A stretch of 63,782 nt of DNA, filler included, from Octopus bimaculoides (Eukaryota), in NCBI RefSeq assembly GCF_001194135.2. It is 5 parts of 4 records of this genome, joined end to end, with 100 filler letters (N's around TTAATTAATTAA, not from the genome) between each part and the next. Parts side by side here need not be neighbours in the genome. Positions count along the whole stretch, not along the records: positions 1 to 15,929 come from NC_068983.1; positions 16,030 to 47,211 come from NC_068985.1; 3 more parts are not named here. One strand, written 5' to 3'. Both the position numbers and the translations under genes were made by a program. Positions within the stretch are counted from its first letter, which is position 1; each line of letters starts with the position of its first letter. Under the pieces are notes generated by a model. The model saw only the letters and a list, made by a program, of their open reading frames with translations, was not told the DNA's origin and ran no database searches. Positions 12,828 through 26,800 of the stretch are shown here, one piece after another.

Positions 12828-13742
12828 TGTGTGTGTATGGATATATATACATATATATATATATGTATGTATGCACGTGTGTGTATGGACACACACACAT
12901 ATATATACATATATATATGTATGTATGTCAATTATGTGCGTGTCGGTGCGCGCCTGCATGTGCAATAGAGAAATCATTTGACTCTTTGCATGGGTTGTGA
13001 AACACGTTTTTCTTTCTCAGTAGATTTTCTGGTTTAAAGGAATTTTGTCCTCATTAATACCACTCAACCCTTAGACGTTATCATATAATGATGGTGCGGC
13101 TGCTTTCGTAAGCGAGAAGTTATTAAATTAATTAAAAATTTATTAGTAATTTGATAATTATTAATTTTTAATTATGAATATTTTGTTGTTGTAAAAGCGT
13201 TTAATCGTTATTTTCATATTATTTGTTTCGGGTTTATCTCTAACTAATAAAAAACATTTTGCAGTAAGCCAAATACATTCCAAAGAAGAAAAAGAAAAGA
13301 ACACAATAAAATATATCAAAAAGCAAAGATAAGGAAACGACTTACTTAGAAATCTCATGGCAATAACAAAATATGCAAAAAGTCAAAAGCAGCAGGAAGT
13401 GCGTATTTAGTGTTAAGTCTCATTGAGTTTATGCAACCTATGCAATGGAAATTAGTCACTCACAATATTTTGAAATTATGTTAAGAAGTGGTGGATTAGC
13501 TGAATCGAAACGTCAATGGCCAAAATGCCTTGTTTTATTTAGATACGTTCCTCTACGTTGTGATTTCAACTCTTACTGGCGTTAAGCTTGTCTTTCATCT
13601 TTACGGAGTCGATGAAGTACTAGGCTAATGTAATAGTTCTCTAGCAATGACCGAGTAATTTGATAATGAAATAGTTCTTTTATGTCAGAATTTGTGACAT
13701 TGTACTTTATATCAGAAATCAGTATTTGATATAATTAATTCT

Positions 13743-13935
13743 TTGTACAAGCGGCACAAAGGTTTGAAATTTGGGATGAGGGAGCTAGTCAGTTACATCG
13801 ATCCCAGTAGTTAACTGGTACTTATGAAAGGTAAAGTCGACCGCGGCCGAATTTGAACTCAGAATGTAAAGGTCGGAAGAAATGCCGCTCGGCGTTTTCT
13901 TTGGCGCGGTAGCGATTCTGCCAGCTGGCACCTTA
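13743..13935 (-). mobile_element. SINE family B
   Basis: Reverse complement has GCTGGCAGAATCGCTA head, GAGTTCAAATTCGG B box, GTCGACTTT and AAGTACCAG core. Confidence 0.8.
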
Positions 13936-14181
13936 ATATTTCATATAATTGATTCATTTTACTACAGACTCAAAGTCAGAAATTTGGCGGGAGGGAGAAA
14001 GTTGATTAAATCGATCCCAGTGCTCAACTGGTACTTATTTTATAGACCCAGAAAGGCAAAGAAGAATACTATTTTAATGAAATAAAACTATTACGTCACT
14101 GATAACCTGGAGCGACCAAAGTCTAATCTATCACTTGTAGGATTTAACCGTAAATATCTTGAAACATATATGCCCGTGTGT

Positions 14182-14220
<39 letters not shown>

Positions 14221-14890
14221 ACCATCTATGTGTAATACTTAATGTATATACACTAATAGTCTATATACATTAGGCCAGTCACTACGGTATACTGGACGTG
14301 CTGTGTTAAAAATACAACATATATATCAAAGAGGGAAATCGCTCTAACAGCAGCAAGCAAAAACGCCAGATGCATTTCGGGATGGGTGGGATGCCTTTCA
14401 ATGGCCTGTACTTGCAGCTAGCCACATGTTTGGACGAGAATTCCTCACCTCCGATATGGGAGACAGTGATTGTATGTAAGTGAGTATGTATGCATGGATA
14501 TGTATCATCTGTTACCTGGAGCCCTAAGAACTACGTAAACCTGAAAAGATTTCAAAAACTTATGTATCATATATGTTCGATTTCTAACCAGAATTTTAGT
14601 TCATTAAAACAATCATTTACAAAAATATTTGACTTCATCCCTCCATCTTCGTCATGGACTATTTCTTCTACCCCCCACCCTCTACCATTCAAACAAAACG
14701 TTTCACACGACTATCATTTACTCTTATGTTAAAATACAATTGCTTCTATGGCATGATTATGTTAAATAATGACCTATTTCAACTTTTTGCGAAATTGATC
14801 CGTTTGTTTGCTTTTTAATACTTTACAAATCTGAATACTTTCAAGAAGCTCGAGTCTTTTTCCGATTTTAGTTTTATTACTTATTTACGT

Positions 14891-14930
14891 TCATAACTGA
14901 CCATAACTGACCATAACTGATCATAACTGG
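14891..14930. repeat. 10-bp tandem repeat (CATAACTGAC) x4
   Basis: tcataactga ccataactga ccataactga tcataactgg. Confidence 0.9.
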
Positions 14931-15234
14931 ATAAAAATCAAAGCTCGACCAATCGTTCCTTTTTTTTTTTTGTTGTTTCGTTTAAGATATTCATATTTAC
15001 CCATCGCTATTTTCTCTTTAAGTTTAATTCAAAAGCAATTGGTCGTCGTAGAAGTTGAAGCTCCGAGAGAATTAAATGATTTTACAGATCCTATTATTTC
15101 TTTATGGAAACATTGGATGTTTCTTCATTTGTCATGTTTGTCTTGCTTGTCCAACATTTTCAATGTATTTTAGATACGACTGCTACCAACATGCTCTAGT
15201 TAAGCTTAAGAACGAAACATCAATCATGTAACGA

Positions 15235-15850
15235 GAAACCATGTTATATCATCCGAAGAAATGCCTCTGTACTGCAGGAACATTGGAATTCATTGTATAG
15301 TGTCCCTGGAAAGATCTTCGAGCGCCTCTTTGGCCATGGTGCTGCAGGCAAAGTGGTTGACATTTTTCTCAACCACGTTCCACGCAAAGTAATCCATAAG
15401 ATTATAATCGGGGTCAGAAAATGGGGCAGGTGAAGTCATAGAGATTCTTTGACAAACACCTCTAACTTTTTCCGAATTCAGAAAGTGCTGAATCCTGCTG
15501 CCACACATGGCCTTCCAGCAGAAATTCTCTCCAGTCAGGAATTGACCACTGTTTCCAGCAGCTTCATATAACCGTCTGAATTGAACCTAATGCCCTGTTA
15601 AGAGCTGTGAGGCGATATGACGTCACTCTCACTAAATACTCACCCGAAGACTTTACAGTATTTACTGAGCATTGAGCGGTAGTCATGATGTCGGCATTTT
15701 GATACCCGGTGCAAATCATCACAATACAGTCATGGTACAGGTAACTCTTGCCTAATTTTCAGATGGTTTTCAGTCCTCCATATCAGGTAACTTTTTCTGA
15801 AGTACAACTTTAATCTTCATGTTCTCCACCGCTGTGGAATTAACCTATAC
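15235..15850 (-). mobile_element. IS630-Tc1-mariner transposase relic, probably DD37D (maT-like)
   Basis: FSDPDYNLMDYFAWNVVEKNVN resembles WPPNSPDLNPMDYYVWSVVE. An upstream frameshifted segment resembles GRPYVWQQDSAP. The D-D spacing cannot be counted because of frameshifts. Confidence 0.6.
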
Positions 15851-15897
15851 ATGAAAAAAGGAGACACAAAGTATGGCCAAATTTAGCCTGAACTCCC

Positions 15898-15929
<32 letters not shown>

Positions 15930-16039
15930 NNNNNNNNNNNNNNNNNNNNNNNNNNNNNNNNNNNNNNNNNNNNTTAATTAATTAANNNNNNNNNNNNNNN
16001 NNNNNNNNNNNNNNNNNNNNNNNNNNNNNTATATATATA

Positions 16040-16202
16040 TACGACGGGCTTCTTTCAGTTTCCGTCTACCAAATTCACTCACAAGGCTTTGGTTGGCCCG
16101 AGGCTAAAGTAGAAGGCACTTTCCCAAGTTGCTACACAGTGGGACTGAACCCGGAACTATGTGGTTGGTAAGCAAGCTACTTACCACACAGCCACCCCTG
16201 CG
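16040..16202 (-). mobile_element. SINE family A, 5' head
   Basis: Close match to 33-166; abuts (TA)n and a gap. Confidence 0.88.
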
Positions 16203-16361
16203 TGTAAATTTTGTACATATACCATTAAGAAAATCTCTTAAATCCTGATCATTTTCTATCATTGATTATACACTTGTATAAATACGTCATGCGTCAACAT
16301 ACCAGTCTCCATATCGACAAAAACTCAAGCGACCTGAAAACCATGTGCACGCATGTATGGC

Positions 16362-16512
16362 TGGCCGGCTAGCTGGCTGGCTGGCTGGCTGCCTGACTGG
16401 CTGGCTGGCTGGCTGGCCGGATGGCTGGCTGGCTAGCTGGATGGATGGATGGATGGATGGACGGACGGACGGATGGATGGATGGATGGATGGATGGATGG
16501 ATGGATGGATGG
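16362..16512. repeat. (GGCT)n-(GGAT)n-(GGAC)n compound tetranucleotide repeat
   Basis: Direct inspection. Confidence 0.93.
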
Positions 16513-17659
16513 TTAGATCAATATATGTACGTAAGTTTGTATGTATGTATGTATGTATGTATATTTGTATGTATGTATAAATACATGTATGTATTTGTGT
16601 ACGCACTCGTGTGAGCATGTATTTGTATAAATATATGAATGTACTACGTGAGGGTGTGCGTATTATATATCTATATACCGACAAGCTACACATATATACA
16701 TGCGTATATAAATACACTATATATACATGTGTGTACGCGCGTATCTATCTATCTATCTATCTAGCTAGCTATCTCCATGCATACATCCATTCATGTATGT
16801 TTTTTCTTATACATCTATGTGTTTGTGTGTGTGTATGTGTGTGTCTGCGACTGCATGTGAGAGAGACAGTGAGAGATAGAGAGAGAGACAATGAGAAAGA
16901 GAGAGACAAAGAGAAAGAGAGAAAAAGAGAAATAGAGAGACAAAGAGAAAGAGAGAGACAAAGAGAGAGTAATAACACATAAACTATTACGTCTTGTAGC
17001 AGAGACTAATTATGAATAATCCAGAAAGTTCTTTCAGTGACATGTTGATATATTGGTATATTTGGTTAAACAGTGAAATCTCTAGGACAATATGGCACCT
17101 GCCACAAAGCATTTCTACACATAAACTATGTTTTCATAGCGTTGTTCTTTGTTATCTAGATGACTTTGACATCCAGTCTAAACTCTGTTAATTACCGCTC
17201 AGCTTACATTCGTAAACACAGCAAAATGTTTTTTTATGACAATAATAGAGCATAATCATATTATATAAGTAGACATCCTTAAATTTATATATGATGTTAT
17301 TGTTTAGTTACAAGTCAGTCATAATCGAGTTGAGTTATCATTAGAAACATTTAAGCTGCGACGGTACTGTGTATCTTTTCCTCTGGAAGAGAAACCTAGG
17401 CCACTTTAGGCAAAAATGTCCTGGCTTAGTGTACGGTGATTTTTGGATTTGACTGTGCATGAGACCACGTTGCGTATATGTTTTCACGTCGGTTCTTTAA
17501 GATTATATATAAGAGCAAAGTATGCATAGACTGTGTCTTAGCATGACCACAGTCAGAGACTGAAAACATTGAAGAGGTATATAAGGATCTTAAATGATGT
17601 GGATAAATTATAAGATAAATTGTTAGTAGCATGTCCAAAAGTGTTTATAATCCTTTCTT

Positions 17660-17845
17660 TTAAAGGCACAAGGCCTGACAATTTTGGGGAAGGAGCTAGT
17701 CGGTTCTCATCTGGTACTTATTTCATTGACCTCGAAGGATAAAAGACAAAGTCGATCTTGGCGCAATTCGAACTAAGAACGTAAAGACGGGCGAAATGCC
17801 GCTAAGCATTTTGTCCGACATGCTAACCATTCTGCCAGCTCGCTA
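17660..17845 (-). mobile_element. SINE family B
   Basis: Ends CTAACCATTCTGCCAGCTCGC, the reverse complement of the head at 17965. Confidence 0.85.
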
Positions 17846-17964
17846 CATTAATAAAACTCGAAATAATGTAATTTAATGCATATTAAGGATATGTGTACAG
17901 CACTAAATTTACAAAGAAGAATGAAAATGAAAAATATTTATTATCTATTATTTTAGCAACACTA

Positions 17965-18178
17965 AGACGGCGAGCTGGCAGAAACGTTAGCGCGCCGAGC
18001 AGCATTCTTTGCTGCATTTAAGTCTGTCTTTACGTTCTGAGTTCAATTTCCGCGGAGGTCGACTTTTGCTTTTATCCTTTCGAGGTTGATAAATTAAGTA
18101 CCAGTAGCGTACTGAGTCGATCTAATCGATTGGCTCCCTCCCCTAAAATTTCGGGCTTTGTGCCTAGAGTAGAAAAAT
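17965..18178 (+). mobile_element. SINE family B, full length
   Basis: GGCGAGCTGGCAGAAACGTTAG (A-box-like), GAGTTCAATTTCC (B-box-like), GGTCGACTTTTGCTTTTATCCTTTCGAGGTTGATAAATTAAGTACCAG core (resembles the Meta domain from memory), and tail GTGCCTAGAGTAGAAAA. Confidence 0.9.
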
Positions 18179-20534
18179 TATTTTAGCACAACTTTAGAAT
18201 ATGAAACTCTCGCTGATTTTTATGTATATATATATATATATAAATTTAACGATGTATTCAGAAACGTACGTATAAAGTTCATAGCGTTTAAAATAATAGA
18301 TCTCAATGGATAGAATATATTAGAAAGATTATGTGCTTATAGTGGATTCCATACGTACTGTCAGGAGATTCTATTGCTAAACGATAGAAAAGGTTGGTAA
18401 ATTACAGTTTTCCTACTTCGTAAGCAATAACGTGGCATAGCTAGAATCTGTTTTTAAACCTACTATCTTCACAACACTTTCTTCCTTTGAAAAGTTTGAA
18501 CTTGCAACACGAGCATTGTGCTGTGTGAGAATTAAATCCCTATAAATTATTAGACTCGCAATTCTCATTGTATTTTACGTGTGTAAAGTTGTATGTGTGA
18601 TTATACTCATTATTTTATCAATACATTATACTATTGAGTATACTGTATCGATTACATAAAGATACAGTGAATCTTTCAAACGTAAAGTTGTAGGTTCCAC
18701 ATTTAGATATTGAATATGAATATTATAACTGCAAAATCTCCATCAAATCATACCGTACAAGCTTAAATAAAGGTGACTATACATTGGACAAAGTAGTTTT
18801 AGATATATTGTGAATAAAACAAAAGGCTACACCCCTTTCGGAGAAAACCAAGGGCCGTATCAACAATAGTACAGATCTTCAGGAAAAGGAGTCACTACTA
18901 AATAACCCTATCTAATTAGCAATGCATCTACTGTCAACCAACCGTTGTGCTTTACTCCAGTTTTGCATGAGCCAGTAAATCAAGACTGATCCGAAATTAT
19001 ATCGAAAATAATACTGTGGGTTTTGCACTAGGCTGGCACTGGAAGCGGCTTAAAGAGGGTAACTTGTATAATCATGAAGCCATGGCTTTTATTCCAAATC
19101 CGTAATTGAAGTCCATGGTATTTATTATAAGTTATAACTATATCTTCATTCTTCAGTGTGAAATTGCTCATTCTGTGTAATGTGGTACGATTCAGTCGGC
19201 CAACGATGCCAAATTGCTTAACACTGTTGACTTTCCCGAAATCTCCCAGTTTCTACAAAGTAATCATCACTTTACTGAACCTTTTATATTTAGTTATATT
19301 GATAAATACGTAAAGAACTCTAAAGATTTGTGTTCCCACACGAACAGACATACGCAAACACGCACGCATACATAACTATATACCTACCAACATTCCTAAC
19401 TACCAACCTACCAAACTACTAAACTACACAGACATATAATACATGCATTTGAATGTCTATATAGAAACGGATTGGCGTGTGTAGGATTTGGGGGTGGAGT
19501 TCGTATGATTGCTAGTATGTTTGATATTGTATGCGTGAAAACGTAATACTTTTCAGATCTAGGGATGTAAATTGCTTTGTGTCTAAAAGTTAATCAAGGA
19601 TGTGTCTATAATTTCACTTTAGTCCATTGCATATATCCCTATAAGTGGATTTGTGTTCATCTGAAGAATAATTAGTGAGATGGTATATAAATATGAATAT
19701 GTAAATGTTAGCATTTAAGGGAGTAAATAGCTGTGGTTGTACGTCTATGTGTTTCTACGTATTCATATAATTTTGTGTGTGCGTATTAAAGTACTGCCTG
19801 TGTTTATTGCGAGTTCTCTTCTTCGGAGCTACATTTAATATCTATAGGTCAAATTGAGTTCGAAGTAGATATTATCAGGGAAATAAAATGAAACTGAGAA
19901 CTTAATGCACGCTTGTCAACTTGATACTGTTATATCTAGGAATATAACTAATAATATTCTACCTATGCTGTAAAAATCTGACAGCTATTTCAACTTCGAA
20001 TCCTTATATTTGGTTTCAGTTACAGCTTCTTTGGATGCATTTCATTAGAGATGTAAAAGTTGAACCTTTTCTGCTTTTCGTTCTCATTTCGATTATTTAA
20101 TATTTGCTTTCGGTCCATCAAAATGGAATGCTAATACATGCTGCTGTTTTCTTTTTCGTTTCTAAATTAATAATACTTAATTCATTACAAAATATTCGAG
20201 ACAGAATTTTACCTTCCCTTATACATAACTTTCTAATGTCTAGTTTCCTTCTGCGGGATATTTACCTATGAATCATCTTGGCGCATTATAGTATTAAATT
20301 TCATCCCCGTCTAATCTCGTTACTACTTAATACCTCTGTAAATTTCCATAAATAAACGATCAGCACCTGAGTGCAATATTTAATACCAGTGAAGTAGTCT
20401 ATCCGCTCAGTACAAGACAACCAGAAACATATCATGACAAATAACGTTGGCATCTAAGCTGTTTTTGAAAAGTAACTGTGGACTTACGACACGAAATGAA
20501 AAGCATTAATCTTCCCTAACATTATGATATGTCC

Positions 20535-20760
20535 ATTTTCTTTTACTTGTTTCAGTCTTTTCCCTGCAGCCATTCTGGGGTATCATCTTGATAGGTTTAG
20601 TCGTTTAAATTCACCCAATGCATTTAGTTTTTAACGTCTTGTACTTAGTCTGTTGTGTCCCTTTATCGAACCACTAAGTTAAAGGGACATAAACTAATCA
20701 ATACTAACCATCAAGCGGTGAAAGACAAAAAGGCAAACACACCCATGCGCGCACACGTAC
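20535..20760 (-). mobile_element. SINE family A, 3' half, diverged
   Basis: TTTTACTTGTTTCAGTC...GAACCACTAAGTTAAAGGGAC is the reverse complement of the family A tail. Confidence 0.7.
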
Positions 20761-22532
20761 ACACACATACATATATGTGTAATCGATACCCATGTTGAAA
20801 TTTAACGTATAAGCATCAAAGAATAAACCCACGATAAATAAAAGCACAATAAATAGCATGTCGTTAAACACCGATCCAATATTACTTTGCAATGAATCCA
20901 AGCGGGACCATCTTGCATGTATATACACAATCAACTGAAGCGATCTTTGTGAGCAGCCCGTTTAGCATAAACGCCGAAAAGAATAAAAAACTGATGTAGT
21001 TCAGACTACAATCATATTCAACAGCTGTTTCATTATGATAAGCACCGCAAAAATATAAATTTATATAACTGTAATACATAATGTAAGATCAATTTATTTA
21101 AGTAAACATATTTTTTTTAATGTTCGCACAAGTCATCAGAAATGTTACGTTATACTAATCAGAAAACTGTTACTGATTTATATAAATCGAGACAGATACA
21201 CGAAGACCTTCAACACAGTTCCTCTATACAAAATAAGCAACACATTAGTTGGTTCGGTGCAATGGCGGAAGACACTTGCCAATGATACTACACGAAAACT
21301 TGCAGCCGCAGAAATAACTTCTTAATCATCCAATACTTTTGCTTGTTATCGTTTACCAACCTACTCAGAAATGTCGTTTCAAAACACAATGCTATCTAGG
21401 AATTTATTACCCAATGTGACCATTCATTTTAAGACGTAGGCTATAATTGAAGGAAACTGCGAATATATTCCTAGCAGCTTCAACATAGAAACTTCTTTCA
21501 ATTTCACTGGCTGTATTAATTATAACAATAAAACTGCTAAACCTTATGCAGTTTTACGATCCTTTTTTGCCCCCCCCCCTTAAAATAACTAAGGATTTTC
21601 CGTTGAGAGAAATATTTGTATTCGATGTGCAGTGCTATATTATGCATTAATTATAAATCATTACAATCCTAGTTGACATTTTTATTTATTCTTTAATTAT
21701 AATTACATTATTAGAACTTTATAATTACATTTTTAGAAAAAATATATAACACTCTCCGCTTAGTAATATTTTTTAAATACAGTCTTATTAGATTACATTT
21801 AATTCTATGCGGTTTCAATTATAAAAAAATTCCCCGCCTTCATGTTCGACCAAAAACAAGCGAATATTTTCAACGACCCAAATACCATATCAATATCATG
21901 TATTAATTAATGAAGCAAACTAAATCATAAAAGCTTCATTTTAACTCTTCTCATTAATCAATATAGAAATTCAAACCCTATTTGAAACACCGAACTAATT
22001 GAACAGCTCTGGGGGTTTAACCTTAAGTATTAAACTGCAAAACCTCAATAAGCACTGGTAGTAAAATATATATATCTGAATTATTTCTGAATTCTGAGAC
22101 CATACTTTTGCATATGCTATGTTTTATGTAGCCCTGTATATTAATTCCCTCCCAGATTTTCAGTTAATTTTCAGTTCAGGGGAAAATATTCGAATTATTT
22201 ATAATTAGACCATGAATACCCTTTCAGATTTTCTTGAATAGCTTTAGCAGTTGTATTCTTAATGATATTTTATTTCTAAGTAAAATTTATGACTTCAATT
22301 GACTTTCAACACCTACCTCATTCTCTAGCAGTAAATTCAAAAATAATAGTTATAGAATCAGATTATGCCTTTCACACTGAAAATATATACATACATGTAT
22401 GCATGCATGCATACATACATACTTACATACATACATAAGCACATACATATATATATATATATATACATATATATACGTATGTATGAATTATGTATGTATG
22501 TATGTACATAATACATATGTATGTATGTATGC

Positions 22533-22880
22533 AGGCGCAGGCGTGGCTGTGAGCTAAGAAGCTTGCTTCCAAACGACATGGTTCAGGGTTCAGACCTACT
22601 GCGTGGTACCCTGGGCAAGCATCTTCTGCTAAAGCTACGGGCCGCCCAAAGTCTTCTGAGTGTAAGACGAAAACTGAAAGAGGCCCGTTCTATGTATGCA
22701 TATAGATATAAATAAGTGCGCGTGTGTGTGTGTGTGTGTGAGTGGGTGTGTGTGTGTGTGTGTGTATGTGTGTGTGTGTGTGTCCAGACAACTTGACAAA
22801 CGGTCAACCGGAGCTCGTGTGTTTACGACCCCGTAATCTAGCAGTTCGACAGAAGAAACTGAATGAATAAGTACGAGGTT
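22533..22880 (+). mobile_element. SINE family A with internal (TG)n
   Basis: GGCGCAGGCGTGGCTGTG head, CCTGGGCAAG, AACTGAAAGAGGCCCG, SSR at ~22690-22782 and tail CCCCGTAATCTAGCAGTTCG. Confidence 0.8.
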
Positions 22881-23259
22881 TTAAATTTAAAAAATAAGTA
22901 ATGCATTGATAAATTTCACTTAATCTTCTTCGAGTAAAAGATAATATGTANNNNNNNNNNNNNNNNNNNNNNNNNNNNNNNNNNNNNNNNNNNNNNNNNN
23001 NNNNNNNNNNNNNNNNNNNNNNNNNNNNNNNNNNNNNNNNNNNNNNNNNNNNNNNNNNNNNNNNNNNNNNNNNNNNNNNNNNNNNNNNNNNNNNNNNNNN
23101 NNNNNNNNNNNATAACTTTTGGATCTCTGCCATCTGAGATGCTGTTTCGTACGACAAAGGTTATTAAATTGTTGTTACTTGTACTCTACGAGCATAGTGT
23201 GCCAGCATACTCTTGCCCTGAGATAACATGTGTAACGAACGCCGATAGTATATACGGAT

Positions 23260-23410
23260 ATTTTATCCCTTAGTCGTGTTCCTTTCTGGTGAAGAGCGTA
23301 AGCACGAAACATAAAAGACTCTCACATTCCCTAGCGTCAAACTAATACACTTGTTTGTTGTCTATACTATACACCTCTGTTCGTGTTTTGTTTTTCTTTA
23401 AATTTCAACT
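23260..23410 (+). mobile_element. Second copy of the hammerhead-like dispersed repeat
   Basis: cttt-CTGGTGA-a-gag-cgtaag-cac-GAAACAT-A-aaag followed by AGCGTCAAACTAATACAC...AAATTTCAAC as at 3520-3650. Ends in (TA)n/(TG)n. Confidence 0.6.
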
Positions 23411-23460
23411 ATATATATATATGTGTGTGTGTATGCATGTGTGTGTATGCATGTGTGTGT

Positions 23461-23506
<46 letters not shown>

Positions 23507-23507
23507 A

Positions 23508-23564
<57 letters not shown>

Positions 23565-23925
23565 ACATATATATATATATGAGTGTTTGTCGACACATGT
23601 TTGTATAAATATTTATGTGCGTATATGGGAGGAAGTAAGCGTGTGTGGCGAGAAACAGCAGAAATATTCAAGTCACTTTCAATCTAAAGCAATAAGTTCA
23701 TAACCTATGGTTGTTTCAACTTTTTTTATGAATCTAATTAGTGATTTGTCGATTCAAATTGACATAAGGAATTTGGAAAAGGAAATTATAAAACAAAACT
23801 ATCCTCAATAACAACAAATAATTGTGATAAAACCACTAATGATAATATATAACAATAACAATAGTAATACTAATAATGTTTAGAATTTTAAAATAAGCAA
23901 CATTTAATTCCTATATTTACTTTAC

Positions 23926-23985
<60 letters not shown>

Positions 23986-26734
23986 GAATTTTCTCCCGTT
24001 TTTTTGTTTTAATGTTATCGTAAAGAGTTCAGATTGTGAGGATTGACTTCACCTGATGTTTCAAACAAAAGAAATGACACTTATAATTTGTAAAGTTAGC
24101 TTGAAATGTCACAACCTATTACAGTTTATCTTTTCCTAGGAAAGGAGGCAATGCAAGTACAGCTTCGGAAGGCAGACAACGGAATTTAAGGTAGATAGGG
24201 GAAAAAAACAAACAAAATGTACACAAACACACATATGCATATACTATGTGTATGTATGTTTGTATGCATATATATATATATATATATGTGTGTGTATGTA
24301 TGTATGTANNNNNNNNNNNNNNNNNNNNNNNNNNNNNNNNNNNNNNNNNNNNNNNNNNNNNNNNNNNNNNNNNNNNNNNNNNNNNNNNNNNNNNNNNNNN
24401 NNNNNNNNNNNNNNNNNNNNNNNNNNNNNNNNNNNNNNNNNNNNNNNNNNNNNNNNNNNNNNNNNNNNNNNNNNNNNNNNNNNNNNNNNNNNNNNNNNNN
24501 NNNNNNNNNNNNNNNNNNNNNNNNNNNNNNNNNNNNNNNNNNNNNNNNNNNNNNNNNNNNNNNNNNNNNNNNNNNNNNNNNNNNNNNNNNNNNNNNNNNN
24601 NNNNNNNNNNNNNNNNNNNNNNNNNNNNNNNNNNNNNNNNNNNNNNNNNNNNNNNNNNNNNNNNNNNNNNNNNNNNNNNNNNNNNNNNNNNNNNNNNNNN
24701 NNNNNNNNNNNNNNNNNNNNNNNNNNNNNNNNNNNNNNNNNNNNNNNNNNNNNNNNNNNNNNNNNNNNNNNNNNNNNNNNNNNNNNNNNNNNNNNNNNNN
24801 NNNNNNNNNNNNNNNNNNNNNNNNNNNNNNNNNNNNNNNNNNNNNNNNNNNNNNNNNNNNNNNNNNNNNNNNNNNNNNNNNNNNNNNNNNNNNNNNNNNN
24901 NNNNNNNNNNNNNNNNNNNNNNNNNNNNNNNNNNNNNNNNNNNNNNNNNNNNNNNNNNNNNNNNNNNNNNNNNNNNNNNNNNNNNNNNNNNNNNNNNNNN
25001 NNNNNNNNNNNNNNNNNNNNNNNNNNNNNNNNNNNNNNNNNNNNNNNNNNNNNNNNNNNNNNNNNNNNNNNNNNNNNNNNNNNNNNNNNNNNNNNNNNNN
25101 NNNNNNNNNNNNNNNNNNNNNNNNNNNNNNNNNNNNNNNNNNNNNNNNNNNNNNNNNNNNNNNNNNNNNNNNNNNNNNNNNNNNNNNNNNNNNNNNNNNN
25201 NNNNNNNNNNNNNNNNNNNNNNNNNNNNNNNNNNNNNNNNNNNNNNNNNNATATATATATATATATGCCAATGATATGGTGAGTTATACCAAATTATCGG
25301 GTTCCCTGCAAAGCAATCTATCTCTATTATCTTTTCAATTCTTCTTCGCATTTAGCCTCTCCACCACACACTAGCTTTCTATCAGTCAATCATTCATATC
25401 TTTATCCTTCTCTTCCTTTCTCCTTCTGACCCCTCTCTCTCTCTCTCTTTCCATCTCTCTCCCCCTCTCTCTCTTTCTCCTATATCAAATATTTTTATGC
25501 TGTAACATCCTCCTTATCTCTTTCACTCCCTTATTAATTTATTGCTCGTCATAAAACTTTACTTTGTAATTTTCTCTGATTTTCCATCAATTTTTCCCTT
25601 TCTCTATCTCTCACTGTCTCTATCTCTTCCTTTCTCTCATCCCCAGTGATTCTACCCCAACCCACCCTCAATCCTTACTACAATGCCATTCTTGAAAATC
25701 ATTATTGCACCATAAATCTCCACACACTCTTTATGTTCCTCTGATTCTGTTTTCTTCATGCCCTACCCACTTTACTCTCTATTTCTGATACCTCTTTTCT
25801 GTTTTCCTTTCTGTCCTTTTTCACGCAGTTTAGACCTCTATTTCTCAATCTTTTCTGTTTCCTTACATTTCACCCTCGAATCACCTTGTATTGCAACATC
25901 TATTATCTTTACTTCTTTAGATCGGAAGAGCGTCGNNNNNNNNNNNNNNNNNNNNNNNNNNNNNNNNNNNNNNNNNNNNNNNNNNNNNNNNNNNNNNNNN
26001 NNNNNNNNNNNNNNNNNNNNNNNNNNNNNNNNNNNNNNNNNNNNNNNNNNNNNNNNNNNNNNNNNNNNNNNNNNNNNNNNNNNNNNNNNNNNNNNNNNNN
26101 NNNNNNNNNNNNNNNNNNNNNNNNNNNNNNNNNNNNNNNNNNNNNNNNNNNNNNNNNNNNNNNNNNNNNNNNNNNNNNNNNNNNNNNNNNNNNNNNNNNN
26201 NNNNNNNNNNNNNNNNNNNNNNNNNNNNNNNNNNNNNNNNNNNNNNNNNNNNNNNNNNNNNNNNNNNNNNNNNNNNNNNNNNNNNNNNNNNNNNNNNNNN
26301 NNNNNNNNNNNNNNNNNNNNNNNNNNNNNNNNNNNNNNNNNNNNNNNNNNNNNNNNNNNNNNNNNNNNNNNNNNNNNNNNNNNNNNNNNNNNNNNNNNNN
26401 NNNNNNNNNNNNNNNNNNNNNNNNNNNNNNNNNNNNNNNNNNNNNNNNNNNNNNNNNNNNNNNNNNNNNNNNNNNNNNNNNNNNNNNNNNNNNNNNNNNN
26501 NNNNNNNNNNNNNNNNNNNNNNNNNNNNNNNNNNNNNNNNNNNNNNNNNNNNNNNNNNNNNNNNNNNNNNNNNNNNNNNNNNNNNNNNNNNNNNNNNNNN
26601 NNNNNNNNNNNNNNNNNNNNNNNNNNNNNNNNNNNGTGTGTGTGTGTGTGTGTGTGTGTGCATATATAAATAATATATTTATATTTGTATGTATGTATGT
26701 AGGTATGTATATGTGTGTGTATGTGCGTACATGC

Positions 26735-26800
<66 letters not shown>

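Noticed and set aside
15974-15985. TTAATTAATTAA embedded in N runs (also 47256, 53651, 62697)
   Set aside because: It sits in the middle of an N44-12mer-N44 100-bp block (counted at 15930-16029; the others look the same) and gives stops in all six frames. This is a scaffolding spacer, not biology.
24119-26736. Long ORFs in the track here and at 4687-5707, 34500-35081 and 60777-62278
   Set aside because: They consist of X from N gaps plus dinucleotide-repeat translations ([12 protein letters not shown]).
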